A stretch of 64,000 bases of DNA from Minisyncoccota bacterium (lineage in GTDB: Bacteria > Patescibacteriota > Minisyncoccia > Phycocordibacterales > JAQTLZ01): assembly GCA_028714635.1 (NCBI GenBank), contig JAQTLZ010000002.1, positions 121,841 to 185,840 on the forward strand, in the 5' to 3' direction. Position 1 is the first letter of the stretch, and each line of letters opens with the position of its first letter. Under the pieces are notes generated by a model. That model was given only the letters and a program-made list of their open reading frames with translations, did not search any database and was not told where the DNA came from. The position numbers and the translations under genes were made by a program. Shown piece by piece: positions 42,581 through 51,472 of this stretch.

Positions 42581-43849
42581 ATGAAATATTCTAAAAAAGT
42601 ACTGCCGAACGGTCTTCGGATTATCACAGTGCCGATGAAAGATAATCCCACCGCGACAGTTATGGTGCTTGTTGAAGCCGGCTCGAAATATGAAACGAAA
42701 GACAAAGCCGGGATTTCTCATTTTCTCGAACACATCTGTTTCAAGGGCACGGAAAAACGCCCATCCTCTTTTCACATCACTCGCGAGCTTGATCAGATCG
42801 GAGCGACGTATAATGCATTCACCAGCCAGGAATTTACCGGCTACTACGCCAAAGCTCGTGCTGAAAATCTTCCAGAGATTCTAGATATTATTTCCGATCT
42901 CTATTTGAATCCTGTTTTTCCCGAAAAAGAAATTGAAAAAGAAAAAGGCGTTATCGTCGAGGAGATTAATATGTACGAAGATACTCCTCAAGATCATGTG
43001 CAGGATATGTTCGTAAAGCTCTTGTACGGTGATCAGCCCGCGGGATGGAATGTCGCCGGGACAAAAGAAGTCGTCACGCGCCTTAAACGCGATGATTTTG
43101 TGAAATATCGGAATAAACATTATGTCTCGAGCGCGACGACCATTGTGGTTGCGGGGCATATTGATGAAGAGAAGGTTATCTCCGAAATAGAAAAGTTATT
43201 TAAAAATATTTCTCGTACTCAAAAAGATGGAAAGCAAAAAGTTATAGAGAAACAAAAAGCGCCGGCAATTTTACTCAAAGAAAGAAAAGGCGATCAAGCG
43301 CATCTTGTGCTCGGCGTGCGCACCTTTGATGTGTATGATAAAAAAAGCAGAGTGGCGAATCTCTTGGCAGGAGTCTTGGGCGGGGGAATGAGCTCGCGTC
43401 TTTTCCAGAAACTTCGGGATGATTTGGGAATTTGTTACTACGTTCACGCCGGGAACGACGCTTCGACTGATCATGGGTATTTTTCTGTCTCGGCTGGGGT
43501 AGATGTGAACAGAGTTGAAGAAGCAATCGGAGCCATACTTGCTGAACTCAAAAAAGCAAAAGAGGAGCTTGTCTCTCTCGAGGAATTAAACCGCGTCAAA
43601 GAATACATCATCGGGCATCTCTATCTCGGACTCGAATCCTCGAATTCTCTTGCGAATTTCTATGGTTTTCAGGAGGTCCTCAAGCGTTCAATCCTTCGTC
43701 CAGAGGAAGTAGTGGCAGAACTCAAAGCCATAACGCCAGAACAGATCCAAACTATCGCAAAAGAAATTTTCCGTGATGAGAGGCTCAACCTCGCTCTCAT
43801 TGGTCCATACTCGGATTCCAAAAAATTCTCTTCGGTTGTAAAGTTCTAA
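42581..43849 (+). CDS. M16-family (pitrilysin/insulinase-like) zinc peptidase
   Basis: HFLEHICFKG inverted zinc motif (HxxEH). ATG at 42581 (MKYSKKVLPNGLRI). Confidence 0.9.
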   Translation: MKYSKKVLPNGLRIITVPMKDNPTATVMVLVEAGSKYETKDKAGISHFLEHICFKGTEKRPSSFHITRELDQIGATYNAFTSQEFTGYYAKARAENLPEILDIISDLYLNPVFPEKEIEKEKGVIVEEINMYEDTPQDHVQDMFVKLLYGDQPAGWNVAGTKEVVTRLKRDDFVKYRNKHYVSSATTIVVAGHIDEEKVISEIEKLFKNISRTQKDGKQKVIEKQKAPAILLKERKGDQAHLVLGVRTFDVYDKKSRVANLLAGVLGGGMSSRLFQKLRDDLGICYYVHAGNDASTDHGYFSVSAGVDVNRVEEAIGAILAELKKAKEELVSLEELNRVKEYIIGHLYLGLESSNSLANFYGFQEVLKRSILRPEEVVAELKAITPEQIQTIAKEIFRDERLNLALIGPYSDSKKFSSVVKF

Positions 43850-43890
43850 ATACCTTTGAAAAGGCCTGTCTTGGGTGATATGATACCCGT

Positions 43891-44961
43891 ATGAACAATG
43901 AGCCCCAAAATACCCTCATTCATATCTCCACGGGCACGATCATTAAAAGTCTCCTGTTTATTATCCTTGTCCTCGCCCTCTATTTTTTAAGAGATATCGT
44001 TCTCATTATTTTGACGGCGATCGTCATTGCATCAGCTATTGAACCAGCGACTCGATATCTTGTAGAGAAAAAAATTCCTCGGACGTTCTCTGTCGTTATT
44101 CTCTATGTACTTGTTATTTTTGCTCTTGCAGCTGTCTTTTATTTCCTTCTACCGACCCTTCTTTCAGAGACGACAAGTTTCTTGGAGAGAATAAACTCCA
44201 TCGATGTCCTCGGATCTTTGAAAGAACAAGGAATACTCTCTCCTGACAATCCGCTCCAAGGCCTTTCTTCGCAGTTTAATCTGCAAGGAGTTATCGGCTC
44301 TGTTCGGGGAGTGGTGAACCAGTTTTCGAGCGGGTTCTTTAATACTGCAAGCATCCTTTTCGGTGGAGCGCTTTCTTTCATTCTCATATTCGTGCTCTCT
44401 TTCTATTTTGCGGTGCAGGAAGACGGAGTGGAAGATTTTCTTCAAGTAGCATCGCCTATTCGGTATAAAAATTATGTAACGGATTTGTGGAAGCGTTCAC
44501 AGAAGAAGATTGGCCTCTGGCTTCAAGGCCAGCTTCTTCTCGGGCTTCTTGTCGGAGTTTTGGATTTTCTTGGCCTTACTATTTTCGGAATTAAGCATGC
44601 GCTTCTTCTCGCGGTCCTCGCAGCACTTTTGGAGATCATTCCGCTTTTCGGCCCAATTCTCTCTGCAATTCCAGGTGTTGCTATCGCGTTTGTGAGCGGA
44701 GGTACCCCGCTTGCGCTTTTAGTGCTTGCTTTGTACGTCATTGTTCAGCAGTTTGAGAATCATCTCATCTATCCTTTGGTGGTAAACAAAATAGTGGGTA
44801 TTTCGCCGATTCTTGTTATCATTTCGCTCCTTGTCGGTTGGAGACTTGCGGGATTCCTTGGGGTGCTTCTTTCTGTCCCGGTCGCGGCGGTATTCATGGA
44901 ATACTATTCTGATGTGCGAAAGAATAAATTCGGGCACCTCACCAAGGTGAGGGAAGGGTAG
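43891..44961 (+). CDS. AI-2E/PerM (UPF0118) family transporter
   Basis: 356 aa, 7-8 TM helices, LLEIIPLFGPILSAIP signature. TGATATGAT -10 box ends 6 nt before the ATG. Confidence 0.8.
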   Translation: MNNEPQNTLIHISTGTIIKSLLFIILVLALYFLRDIVLIILTAIVIASAIEPATRYLVEKKIPRTFSVVILYVLVIFALAAVFYFLLPTLLSETTSFLERINSIDVLGSLKEQGILSPDNPLQGLSSQFNLQGVIGSVRGVVNQFSSGFFNTASILFGGALSFILIFVLSFYFAVQEDGVEDFLQVASPIRYKNYVTDLWKRSQKKIGLWLQGQLLLGLLVGVLDFLGLTIFGIKHALLLAVLAALLEIIPLFGPILSAIPGVAIAFVSGGTPLALLVLALYVIVQQFENHLIYPLVVNKIVGISPILVIISLLVGWRLAGFLGVLLSVPVAAVFMEYYSDVRKNKFGHLTKVREG

Positions 44962-44977
44962 GGACCCGTCCCGCAAG

Positions 44978-45030
44978 ACCTTGAGTGTTTTGTAATCAAA
45001 AAGCGAAAGGTGTACAGCTCCTGTAAGGAG
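44978..45030 (+). ncRNA. copy C of the GUACWG/UGUAA motif, upstream of metG
   Basis: P-a ACCTT(44978-44982)/AAGGT(45007-45011) enclosing hairpin TTTTG-TAAT-CAAAA. GTACAG 45012-45017. CTCC-TGTAA-GGAG 45018-45030. Confidence 0.55.
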
Positions 45031-45051
45031 GAATATCAAAGACATAATTTC

Positions 45052-46482
45052 ATGGCAGAAAAGAAATCCTTTTATATCACGACGACTCTTCCGTACGTGA
45101 ATTCTGATCCACATATCGGTTTTGCCGCGGAAATTGTACACGCTGATATTCTGGCTCGCTACGCGCGTCTCATGGGCCAAAGCGTTTTCTTTAATACCGG
45201 TACGGATGAACATGGCATAAAAGTGTATCGAAAGGCCGAGGAAGAGGGAATTTCTACTCAAAAATATGTTGATGAAAAAGCAACGCATTTTGAAAGCCTA
45301 AAACTTTCTCTCAACTTGAGTTTCAATAGTTTTATTCGCACTACGGACGCGAAGCATAAAAAAGCGGCGGGAAGCTTTTGGGAGGCCTGTGCTGCTTCCG
45401 GCGACATCTACAAAAAAGCCTACAAAATTAAATATTGCGTCGGCTGTGAACTTGAAAAGACAGAATCGGAACTTATAAACGGCAGATGCGCGATACACCC
45501 GAATTTAGAGCTCGAGATTATTGAAGAAGAAAATTATTTTTTTAGATTTTCAAAATATCAGAAAGTGCTTCTGGATTTGTATGAAAAAAATCCAGAATTT
45601 GTTGTTCCGGCAACGCGTCTACACGAGATAAAAGCATTTGTTGAAAGGGGACTTGAAGATTTTTCAATTTCCCGTTTAAAAAGCAAAATGCCGTGGGGAG
45701 TGGATGTTCCTGGAGATGAAGAGCATGTTATGTACGTTTGGTTTGATGCACTTGTGAATTATATTGATGTTATCGGCTGGCCAGAAAATGAAACCGAATT
45801 TGCAAAATGGTGGCCAGGAATTCAAATCGCTGGGAAAGACAACCTTCGTCAGCAATCGGCAATGTGGCAGGCGATGCTTCTCTCCGCGGGGCTTCAAAAT
45901 TCAAAACAAATAATCCTTCGCGGGCACATAATTAGCGGCGGGCAAAAAATGTCCAAGTCCCTAGGCAATGTCATAAGCCCTACTGATCTGGTAAAAGAAT
46001 ACGGCACGGATGCTGTGCGCTATTTCCTTGCTAGGGAAGTGAATCCGTTTGAAGATAGTGATGTAACGCTCGAGCGTATTAAAGAAGCCTATAACGCGAA
46101 TCTTGCGAATGGCTTGGGGAATCTCGTCGCTCGAATAATGAAAATGGCACAAACAAATTTAGAAAAGGCGCCGAAAATTCCAGAGGATCCAATCCCAGAA
46201 ATATTTAAAAAAGCCATTGAAAAATACGATATAAAAACCGCGGCGGACTACGTATGGAAAGAAATCGCGGTGCTTGATTCGATCATTCAAGAAGAAGAGC
46301 CGTTCAAGCTTATAAAAACGAACAAAGCAGAGGCGATAACCATTATTGAAGATCTCTGCGTCCGTCTCTACACAATCGGCAGAATGTTAAATTCAATATT
46401 GCCCGAAACGTCAGAAAAAATTAAATCCGCGGTGAAGGCAAACAAAATGCCCGAAGTTTCTCTTTTTCCGAGGAAGGAATAA
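45052..46482 (+). CDS. metG: methionine--tRNA ligase (short form)
   Basis: ATG at 45052 (MAEKKSFYITTTLPYVNSDPHIGF = HIGH region), and KMSKSLGN. The track start at 45010 reads through the RNA motif. Confidence 0.95.
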   Translation: MAEKKSFYITTTLPYVNSDPHIGFAAEIVHADILARYARLMGQSVFFNTGTDEHGIKVYRKAEEEGISTQKYVDEKATHFESLKLSLNLSFNSFIRTTDAKHKKAAGSFWEACAASGDIYKKAYKIKYCVGCELEKTESELINGRCAIHPNLELEIIEEENYFFRFSKYQKVLLDLYEKNPEFVVPATRLHEIKAFVERGLEDFSISRLKSKMPWGVDVPGDEEHVMYVWFDALVNYIDVIGWPENETEFAKWWPGIQIAGKDNLRQQSAMWQAMLLSAGLQNSKQIILRGHIISGGQKMSKSLGNVISPTDLVKEYGTDAVRYFLAREVNPFEDSDVTLERIKEAYNANLANGLGNLVARIMKMAQTNLEKAPKIPEDPIPEIFKKAIEKYDIKTAADYVWKEIAVLDSIIQEEEPFKLIKTNKAEAITIIEDLCVRLYTIGRMLNSILPETSEKIKSAVKANKMPEVSLFPRKE

Positions 46483-46490
46483 AGCGAATA

Positions 46491-46519
46491 TTGACAACAC
46501 TTTCTTTTTTCTATCTAAT
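46491..46519 (+). promoter_or_regulatory. sigma70-like promoter of a high-GC cassette
   Basis: TTGACA (46491-46496), 17-nt spacer, TCTAAT (46514-46519). Then hairpin AGCTGA..TCAGCT (46530-46545) and Shine-Dalgarno site GAGGAAGGG (46557-46565). Confidence 0.55.
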
Positions 46520-46572
46520 CTATCCAGTGAGCTGATGAATCAGCTTTGGCCTTTTGAGGAAGGGATTCCCCC

Positions 46573-47199
46573 ATGTTAGATAATTGGATCGCGGTGCTTT
46601 TCGTGGTAATGGCTGTTGTTCTATGTCTCGTCGTTCTGTACATTACGATCCTTGCCGTGAAGAATCCGAAGCTTACACTGAAGGCAACATTACGATTCCG
46701 GGAGTACGCAGATCTCGGGGTTCTGCAGGTACCGGCGGATTACAATCATAGGACGTATTTGGCATCCTGTGTTCAAAGGAATGGAGACGAGTGGGATTTC
46801 GATTCAGGTGCAACAGACGCTAATTTCCCGACGCCGAGTCGTATCTTGCGTCCAGGAGACAGGCTTCGTGTCCGAATTTGGGAGCAGATAGGAGGTACCA
46901 ACTCCCATACACGGATGGAGTTTCTCGATAGTCTCGGCGCCGTCTATCCGGGCGTTCAGGGTATTTGTCTCTTGTGTGAGGAGATGGAGCCGAAGTTGCC
47001 ACATCACCATTCCAATTTGTGGTTCGGCTCGTATGATCGGCCGGAGAACCTTTTTCAAGACGAGCGTGGTAATCAGATGTTTATGCGCGCGCTTGTCGTG
47101 AAAGATCCCGATTCGATCTTTCTGTGTCTCTGCTCATTCGGTTCCCCTTCGGATGACAATGAGATGGGACTTATCGTTTGTTTTACCGAAGCGGGCTAA
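46573..47199 (+). CDS. membrane-anchored hypothetical protein (orphan, high-GC cassette)
   Basis: 208 aa with an N-terminal TM helix. No motif recognised. Confidence 0.6.
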   Translation: MLDNWIAVLFVVMAVVLCLVVLYITILAVKNPKLTLKATLRFREYADLGVLQVPADYNHRTYLASCVQRNGDEWDFDSGATDANFPTPSRILRPGDRLRVRIWEQIGGTNSHTRMEFLDSLGAVYPGVQGICLLCEEMEPKLPHHHSNLWFGSYDRPENLFQDERGNQMFMRALVVKDPDSIFLCLCSFGSPSDDNEMGLIVCFTEAG

Positions 47200-47340
47200 G
47201 TGTCGCTTTGTGCACGAAACGTTTACTACTGAACCGCCTTTCCGAAAGGAATAGGAGGTTCTTTTATTTATTGGACAAAACTTCAGTTAGATCCTAGTAT
47301 TCTTAATAGGAAACGTGGTGTTTCCGGAAAGGAGTTTGCA

Positions 47341-47619
47341 TTGGAATACGAAATACAGTTGAAAGACAACTCGGTTCCTGGAACGCATCTGACATTACCA
47401 GGTTCCTACGAGTTCTTTGGCCCGTTCGGTTCCATCCAACAGGCTGAAGATCTTCTGAGAGCAAAAGGTTGGAGGCGGACAGAGCGTCTTGATCCCAACA
47501 TTTTGTGCGAGCCGATTATTGTGGAATGGCTGGGGTTGGCACCTCATTTGGTGATGACCATCAATACTATTCCAGAACGGTCTCGCAAATCTCCGGAAGT
47601 TTTGCCTGCTGCCGCGTGA
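47341..47619 (+). CDS. small hypothetical protein (orphan, high-GC cassette)
   Basis: 92 aa. TTG start 6 nt after GGAAAGGAG. Upstream TTGGAC-18 nt-TAGTAT (47271-47300) and hairpin GGAAAC-GTGGT-GTTTCC (47309-47325). Confidence 0.5.
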   Translation: MEYEIQLKDNSVPGTHLTLPGSYEFFGPFGSIQQAEDLLRAKGWRRTERLDPNILCEPIIVEWLGLAPHLVMTINTIPERSRKSPEVLPAAA

Positions 47620-47634
47620 AGTCTCAATTTTTCG

Positions 47635-47674
47635 AATGCCTGGCGTGAGTTCATCGCGCTAGGCATTTTATTTT
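47635..47674 (+). terminator. rho-independent terminator
   Basis: AATGCCTGGCG/CGCTAGGCATT stem (one G-U pair), then TTTATTTT. Confidence 0.7.
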
Positions 47675-47689
47675 GTTAAAATTGAGCGA

Positions 47690-48529
47690 ATGAAATTTCA
47701 ATTTGTAGATATTCATACTCATGTCAATTTTGTTGCGTTTGAGAAAGACCGTGAGGAGGTTATTCAACGTGCCTCGGATGCGGGAGTTGCGATGATAAAT
47801 GTTGGTACGCAGGTTGATACTTCAAAAAAGGCTATTGAGATGGCTGAGAAATATGAGAATTGTTACGCAATTGTCGGGCTTCACCCAGTTCATACTTCCA
47901 GATCTTTTCATGATGAAAAGGAACTAGGTGAAGGTGGAAAAGAATTTACTTCAAGAGGTGAGCAATTTGATACGAGCGTTTATCGAAGCATGCTGAAGCA
48001 TCCGAAAGTAGTGGGGATAGGGGAATGCGGACTCGACTACTATCATCTCGATGAGGAATCAATAAAAATCCAGCGGGAGAATTTCGAAATGCAGATTGAT
48101 TTGGCGAATGAAGCGGGGAAGTCCCTGATGCTTCATGTTCGCTCGAATAAAGAATCGGGGAAAAGTGCTTATAAAGATGCACTGGAGATTTTGAAAGCTC
48201 GGGCAAAAGTAAAAGGAAATTTTCATTTCTTTGCTGGCTCATGGGAAGAAGCAAAAGAAATTCTTGATTTTGGTTACACAATTTCTTTTACGGGGGTAAT
48301 TACGTTTGCCAGAGACTATGACGAAGTGATAAAAAACGCTCCGCTCGATATGATTATGTCCGAAACGGATGCTCCGTACGTTTCTCCCGCGCCATTTCGT
48401 GGAAAAAGAAACGAGCCTGCTCATGTGAGGGAAGTGGTGAAGAAAATTGCTGAAATTCGGGGAGAGGATTATGAGAAAGTACCAGCCCAGCTTGCCGAAA
48501 ACGCGGGACGCGTTTTCGGTCTTTGGTAA
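47690..48529 (+). CDS. TatD-family metal-dependent hydrolase/DNase
   Basis: 279 aa. VDIHTHVNF and GECGLDYYH motifs. TGTTAAAAT -10 box ends 7 nt before the ATG. Confidence 0.9.
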   Translation: MKFQFVDIHTHVNFVAFEKDREEVIQRASDAGVAMINVGTQVDTSKKAIEMAEKYENCYAIVGLHPVHTSRSFHDEKELGEGGKEFTSRGEQFDTSVYRSMLKHPKVVGIGECGLDYYHLDEESIKIQRENFEMQIDLANEAGKSLMLHVRSNKESGKSAYKDALEILKARAKVKGNFHFFAGSWEEAKEILDFGYTISFTGVITFARDYDEVIKNAPLDMIMSETDAPYVSPAPFRGKRNEPAHVREVVKKIAEIRGEDYEKVPAQLAENAGRVFGLW

Positions 48530-48672
48530 TTGCAATAGGCCATTTCCTATGCTAATCTAGTGCCAACTCTCGCTAGATACGCCCTTACAGACGTATCTCA
48601 AAGGTCCATGGTGAGGGTCTTTGTTTTGCCAAAATTCTTGTCAAAACAAAATTAATCTTAACGATAAAACTC

Positions 48673-49182
48673 ATGAGTGAAATAGAAAAAGATGAAGCGG
48701 TAGAAAGTGAGGCGCGGATCTACGAAGTGGGCTACCACATCGTTCCGCTTGTAGCAGAGGAAAATGTTCCCAAAGAAGCAGGAGATGTAAAATTTCTTAT
48801 TGAAAAGCAAAAAGGAGTTATAATCTCTGAAGAGCTTCCAAGACTTCATCCTCTTGCGTACACGATTGCAAAAACGGTAGCAGGAAAGAAGCGTATCTTC
48901 GACAAGGCATATTTCGGTTGGATAAAATTTGAAGCAGACGCGACAGCGCTTCCAGCAATTAAGGAGGCGATGGAAGCAAATGAAAACGTGCTTCGGTTCT
49001 TACTTATTAAGACTGTTCGAGAGAACACGCTTGTATCTATGCAGAAAATCATTTCCCAAGCTCGAATGGATAAGGAAGGAGGGGAGAAGAAAGCTCCGGG
49101 AGTTGGCGCTACGGCGGAAAAAGACAAAAAGCCAGTTTCTGTAGAAGAATTGGATAAATCTATCGACGAACTCCTTAAATAA
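48673..49182 (+). CDS. rpsF: 30S ribosomal protein S6 with a C-terminal acidic/Lys-rich extension
   Basis: YEVGYHIVP...HPLAYTI...GWIKFEA S6 core. Operon context rpsF-ssb-rpsR. Confidence 0.85.
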   Translation: MSEIEKDEAVESEARIYEVGYHIVPLVAEENVPKEAGDVKFLIEKQKGVIISEELPRLHPLAYTIAKTVAGKKRIFDKAYFGWIKFEADATALPAIKEAMEANENVLRFLLIKTVRENTLVSMQKIISQARMDKEGGEKKAPGVGATAEKDKKPVSVEELDKSIDELLK

Positions 49183-49321
49183 GTATGTATCCCGTAGTAG
49201 AATTTCAGGTTGTTCCAAGTTACTGGCAATAATCTACCACGGGAGTACAATGATGTTATTAAACATAAATTGATTTTGGGGAAGTTTTTGGAACAAAAAC
49301 GACCTAAAATTTCACTACGGG

Positions 49322-49798
49322 ATGTATCTCAACAAAGCATTCGTCATTGGAAATCTTACTCGCGATCCAGAAGTGCGTGCGCTTCCTTCAGGAATTCAGG
49401 TTTGCAGTTTCTCTGTAGCTACCAACTCTCGTTTTAAAGATAAAAGCGGAGCGTGGCAGGATAAAGCGGAATATCACAATATTGTGGTCTTCGGTAGATC
49501 TGCAGAGACAAGCGCACAGTATCTCAAAAAGGGAAGTAATGTGCTTGTGGAAGGCAGAATGCAGACACGAAGCTGGGATGACAAGGCAACAGGAGCAAAA
49601 AAGTATCGAACAGAGATCGTTGCAGAAAGAGTGCAGTTTGGGAATCGGCCAGCTGGCGGTGCAGGTGCTCCAATGGGAGGCTCTGCAGCAAGTACGGTCG
49701 CGCCAAAAGGCAAAGCTCCGGCAGGGGATGATGCTCCACCACTCGATACCATTCAGTATCCAGAAGAAGACATCAATACGGAAGATATTCCGTTCTAG
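49322..49798 (+). CDS. ssb: single-stranded DNA-binding protein
   Basis: 158 aa. MYLNKAFVIGNLTRDPE OB fold, Gly/Ala-rich linker and an acidic tail ending in DIPF. Confidence 0.95.
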   Translation: MYLNKAFVIGNLTRDPEVRALPSGIQVCSFSVATNSRFKDKSGAWQDKAEYHNIVVFGRSAETSAQYLKKGSNVLVEGRMQTRSWDDKATGAKKYRTEIVAERVQFGNRPAGGAGAPMGGSAASTVAPKGKAPAGDDAPPLDTIQYPEEDINTEDIPF

Positions 49799-49821
49799 TA
49801 TTAAAAATTAAATTTCAGATT

Positions 49822-50025
49822 ATGAATAAGCAATGTTTTTTCACCAGTAACAATATTAAATATATTGATTACAAGGATACAGAAATTCTCAAGAAATTTT
49901 TGAATCCTCATGCTCGAATGATTTCTCGAAAGAAATCAGGGGTGTGTTCAAAGAGCCAGAGACAGCTTGCAGAGGCTATTAAGCGAGCTCGATTTATGGC
50001 GCTTTTGCCGTATTTGACTCGATAA
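49822..50025 (+). CDS. rpsR: 30S ribosomal protein S18
   Basis: 67 aa. IDYKD..LKKFL..ISRKKSGVC.KSQRQLAEAIKRARFMALLPY. Confidence 0.95.
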   Translation: MNKQCFFTSNNIKYIDYKDTEILKKFLNPHARMISRKKSGVCSKSQRQLAEAIKRARFMALLPYLTR

Positions 50026-50050
50026 TCGTCAAGAGTAGTGAGAGAAAAAG

Positions 50051-50080
50051 AAAACGGCACTCAGACGAGCTGCCGTTTTT
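50051..50080. terminator. bidirectional terminator hairpin
   Basis: AAAACGGCA..TGCCGTTTTT, between convergent rpsR and the CDP-alcohol transferase gene (overlaps the latter's 3' end). Confidence 0.65.
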
Positions 50081-50684
50081 CGATTTCTTCTGCCCATTTT
50101 TCGTAATGTGCTAGGAGAAGTCCGTCTGCCTTTTTATAGTACCAGAATTGACTGTAGAGAGTTAAAACTATTGCTATGACTCCTCCAATCACGCTGGTCC
50201 AGAATGCGGCAGTATGAATGTACTCTGGCGCGGTACTTCGTAGGACACCAACTGCTCCGATGAAAAGGTATTGAAATACTGCTTTCACTTTTCCCGGCAT
50301 GTCAGCATCGAAACTAATTCCGAGCTTCTCCATTCTCCACCTAAGTACCCCTATCTCTACTTCACGCTGCATTATGATTAGCGCAGTAGGTATTACCGGA
50401 AGGGGGTACTCCCAAGAGTAGTCATACAAGAGTTCAGCAGTGAAGATTTTATCCGAAATGGAATCAATCTGACCGCCAGACTTGCACTTTCCTCCCAGGC
50501 GCTTTGCGACTACGCCATCCAGTATGTCGCTCACCACAACTCCGAGCATTACCAGCAACACTTCCTTCCAACCTGCTTTGTGCAGGTTGAGGTAAATCAT
50601 GTAAGGCCCGAAGAAGACGGGCCGAGAGGCTGAGAGCACGAATGCGATCATTACAGCCACTATCCTGCCCGTCTTCCTTAGCAT
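50061..50684 (-). CDS. CDP-alcohol phosphatidyltransferase family protein
   Basis: 207 aa. DGVVAKR..G..IDSISD (DGxxAR..G...D...D), polytopic. GGAG lies 8 nt upstream of the ATG. Confidence 0.75.
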   Translation of the reverse strand: MLRKTGRIVAVMIAFVLSASRPVFFGPYMIYLNLHKAGWKEVLLVMLGVVVSDILDGVVAKRLGGKCKSGGQIDSISDKIFTAELLYDYSWEYPLPVIPTALIIMQREVEIGVLRWRMEKLGISFDADMPGKVKAVFQYLFIGAVGVLRSTAPEYIHTAAFWTSVIGGVIAIVLTLYSQFWYYKKADGLLLAHYEKWAEEIEKRQLV

Positions 50685-50745
50685 TTTTTGGTCTCCGTGG
50701 GTTTTCTGAAAACTAATGTATCACAACAAAAAAATTAGTAAAATG

Positions 50746-50779
50746 AAAAAGCCCCGCCCTGAAAAGGGCGGGGCTTTTT
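50746..50779. terminator. bidirectional terminator
   Basis: GCCCCGCCCT-GAAA-AGGGCGGGGC perfect 10-bp stem flanked by A-run and T-run. Confidence 0.8.
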
Positions 50780-50786
50780 GTTCGTG

Positions 50787-51359
50787 TTAGTTATTAGCTC
50801 GCTCTACATAATCTCCTGTCTCGGTATTCACTCGGATAGTTTCACCTTCTTTAATAAAGAGGGGAACATTCACGGTTGCGCCATTCTCCAAAATCGCGAT
50901 CTTATTCGCACCGCTTGAGGTATTGCCTCGCACTGCATCAGGAGCTTCTTTTACTTTGAGTTCCACTTTGATAGGGAGCTTCACTCCGATAATCTTTTCA
51001 TCAAAAACCATCGCTTCAATAGTGGAGTTAGCTTTGAGAAATCTCCCGCCAGGGCCGATCATGTCAGCTGCAAGCTGGAATCGCTTTGAGGGGTCGTTTA
51101 CCTCGCAGAACCAGTACTCGCCCTTGTTCAAATAGAGGAATTTTACATCCTTGTAATCAATTTCCGCCTCTTCCACCTTATCTGTGGTGTGGTAGGAAAC
51201 TTCCGTTACTCGGCCGTTGATAAGGCTTTTGATCTTCACAGCATTCACCGGCTTTCGCTGTTGTTTACGGAAAACGTGAGAATCAATCACTTCAAAAGGC
51301 TCACCATCGTGAATAATGTATTTGTGAACTGTCGCTTCGTTGTATTCAAGCATTGCCAT
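50787..51359 (-). CDS. efp: elongation factor P
   Basis: 190 aa with full-length EF-P-like sequence (three OB/KOW-like domains). Confidence 0.9.
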   Translation of the reverse strand: MAMLEYNEATVHKYIIHDGEPFEVIDSHVFRKQQRKPVNAVKIKSLINGRVTEVSYHTTDKVEEAEIDYKDVKFLYLNKGEYWFCEVNDPSKRFQLAADMIGPGGRFLKANSTIEAMVFDEKIIGVKLPIKVELKVKEAPDAVRGNTSSGANKIAILENGATVNVPLFIKEGETIRVNTETGDYVERANN

Positions 51360-51472
51360 GGGAATAGGGTAGGCTTAATTCGTAATGCCAAGAGTTTACA
51401 GGAAAAACAGAAAAAGTCCATTAAAAACTCAAACCCAAGCCTTTTTGAATCCGCCGAGTTTGAAACCGGATT

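Noticed and set aside
44962-45051. Reading copy C as a T-box riboswitch leader. It lies upstream of an aminoacyl-tRNA synthetase gene, and AAAGGUGUAC faintly resembles the T-box core GGGUGGUACC.
   Set aside because: The leader is only 90 nt. It has no Stem I, specifier loop or UGGN bulge matching tRNA-Met. The same motif also occurs next to non-aaRS genes in copies A and B.
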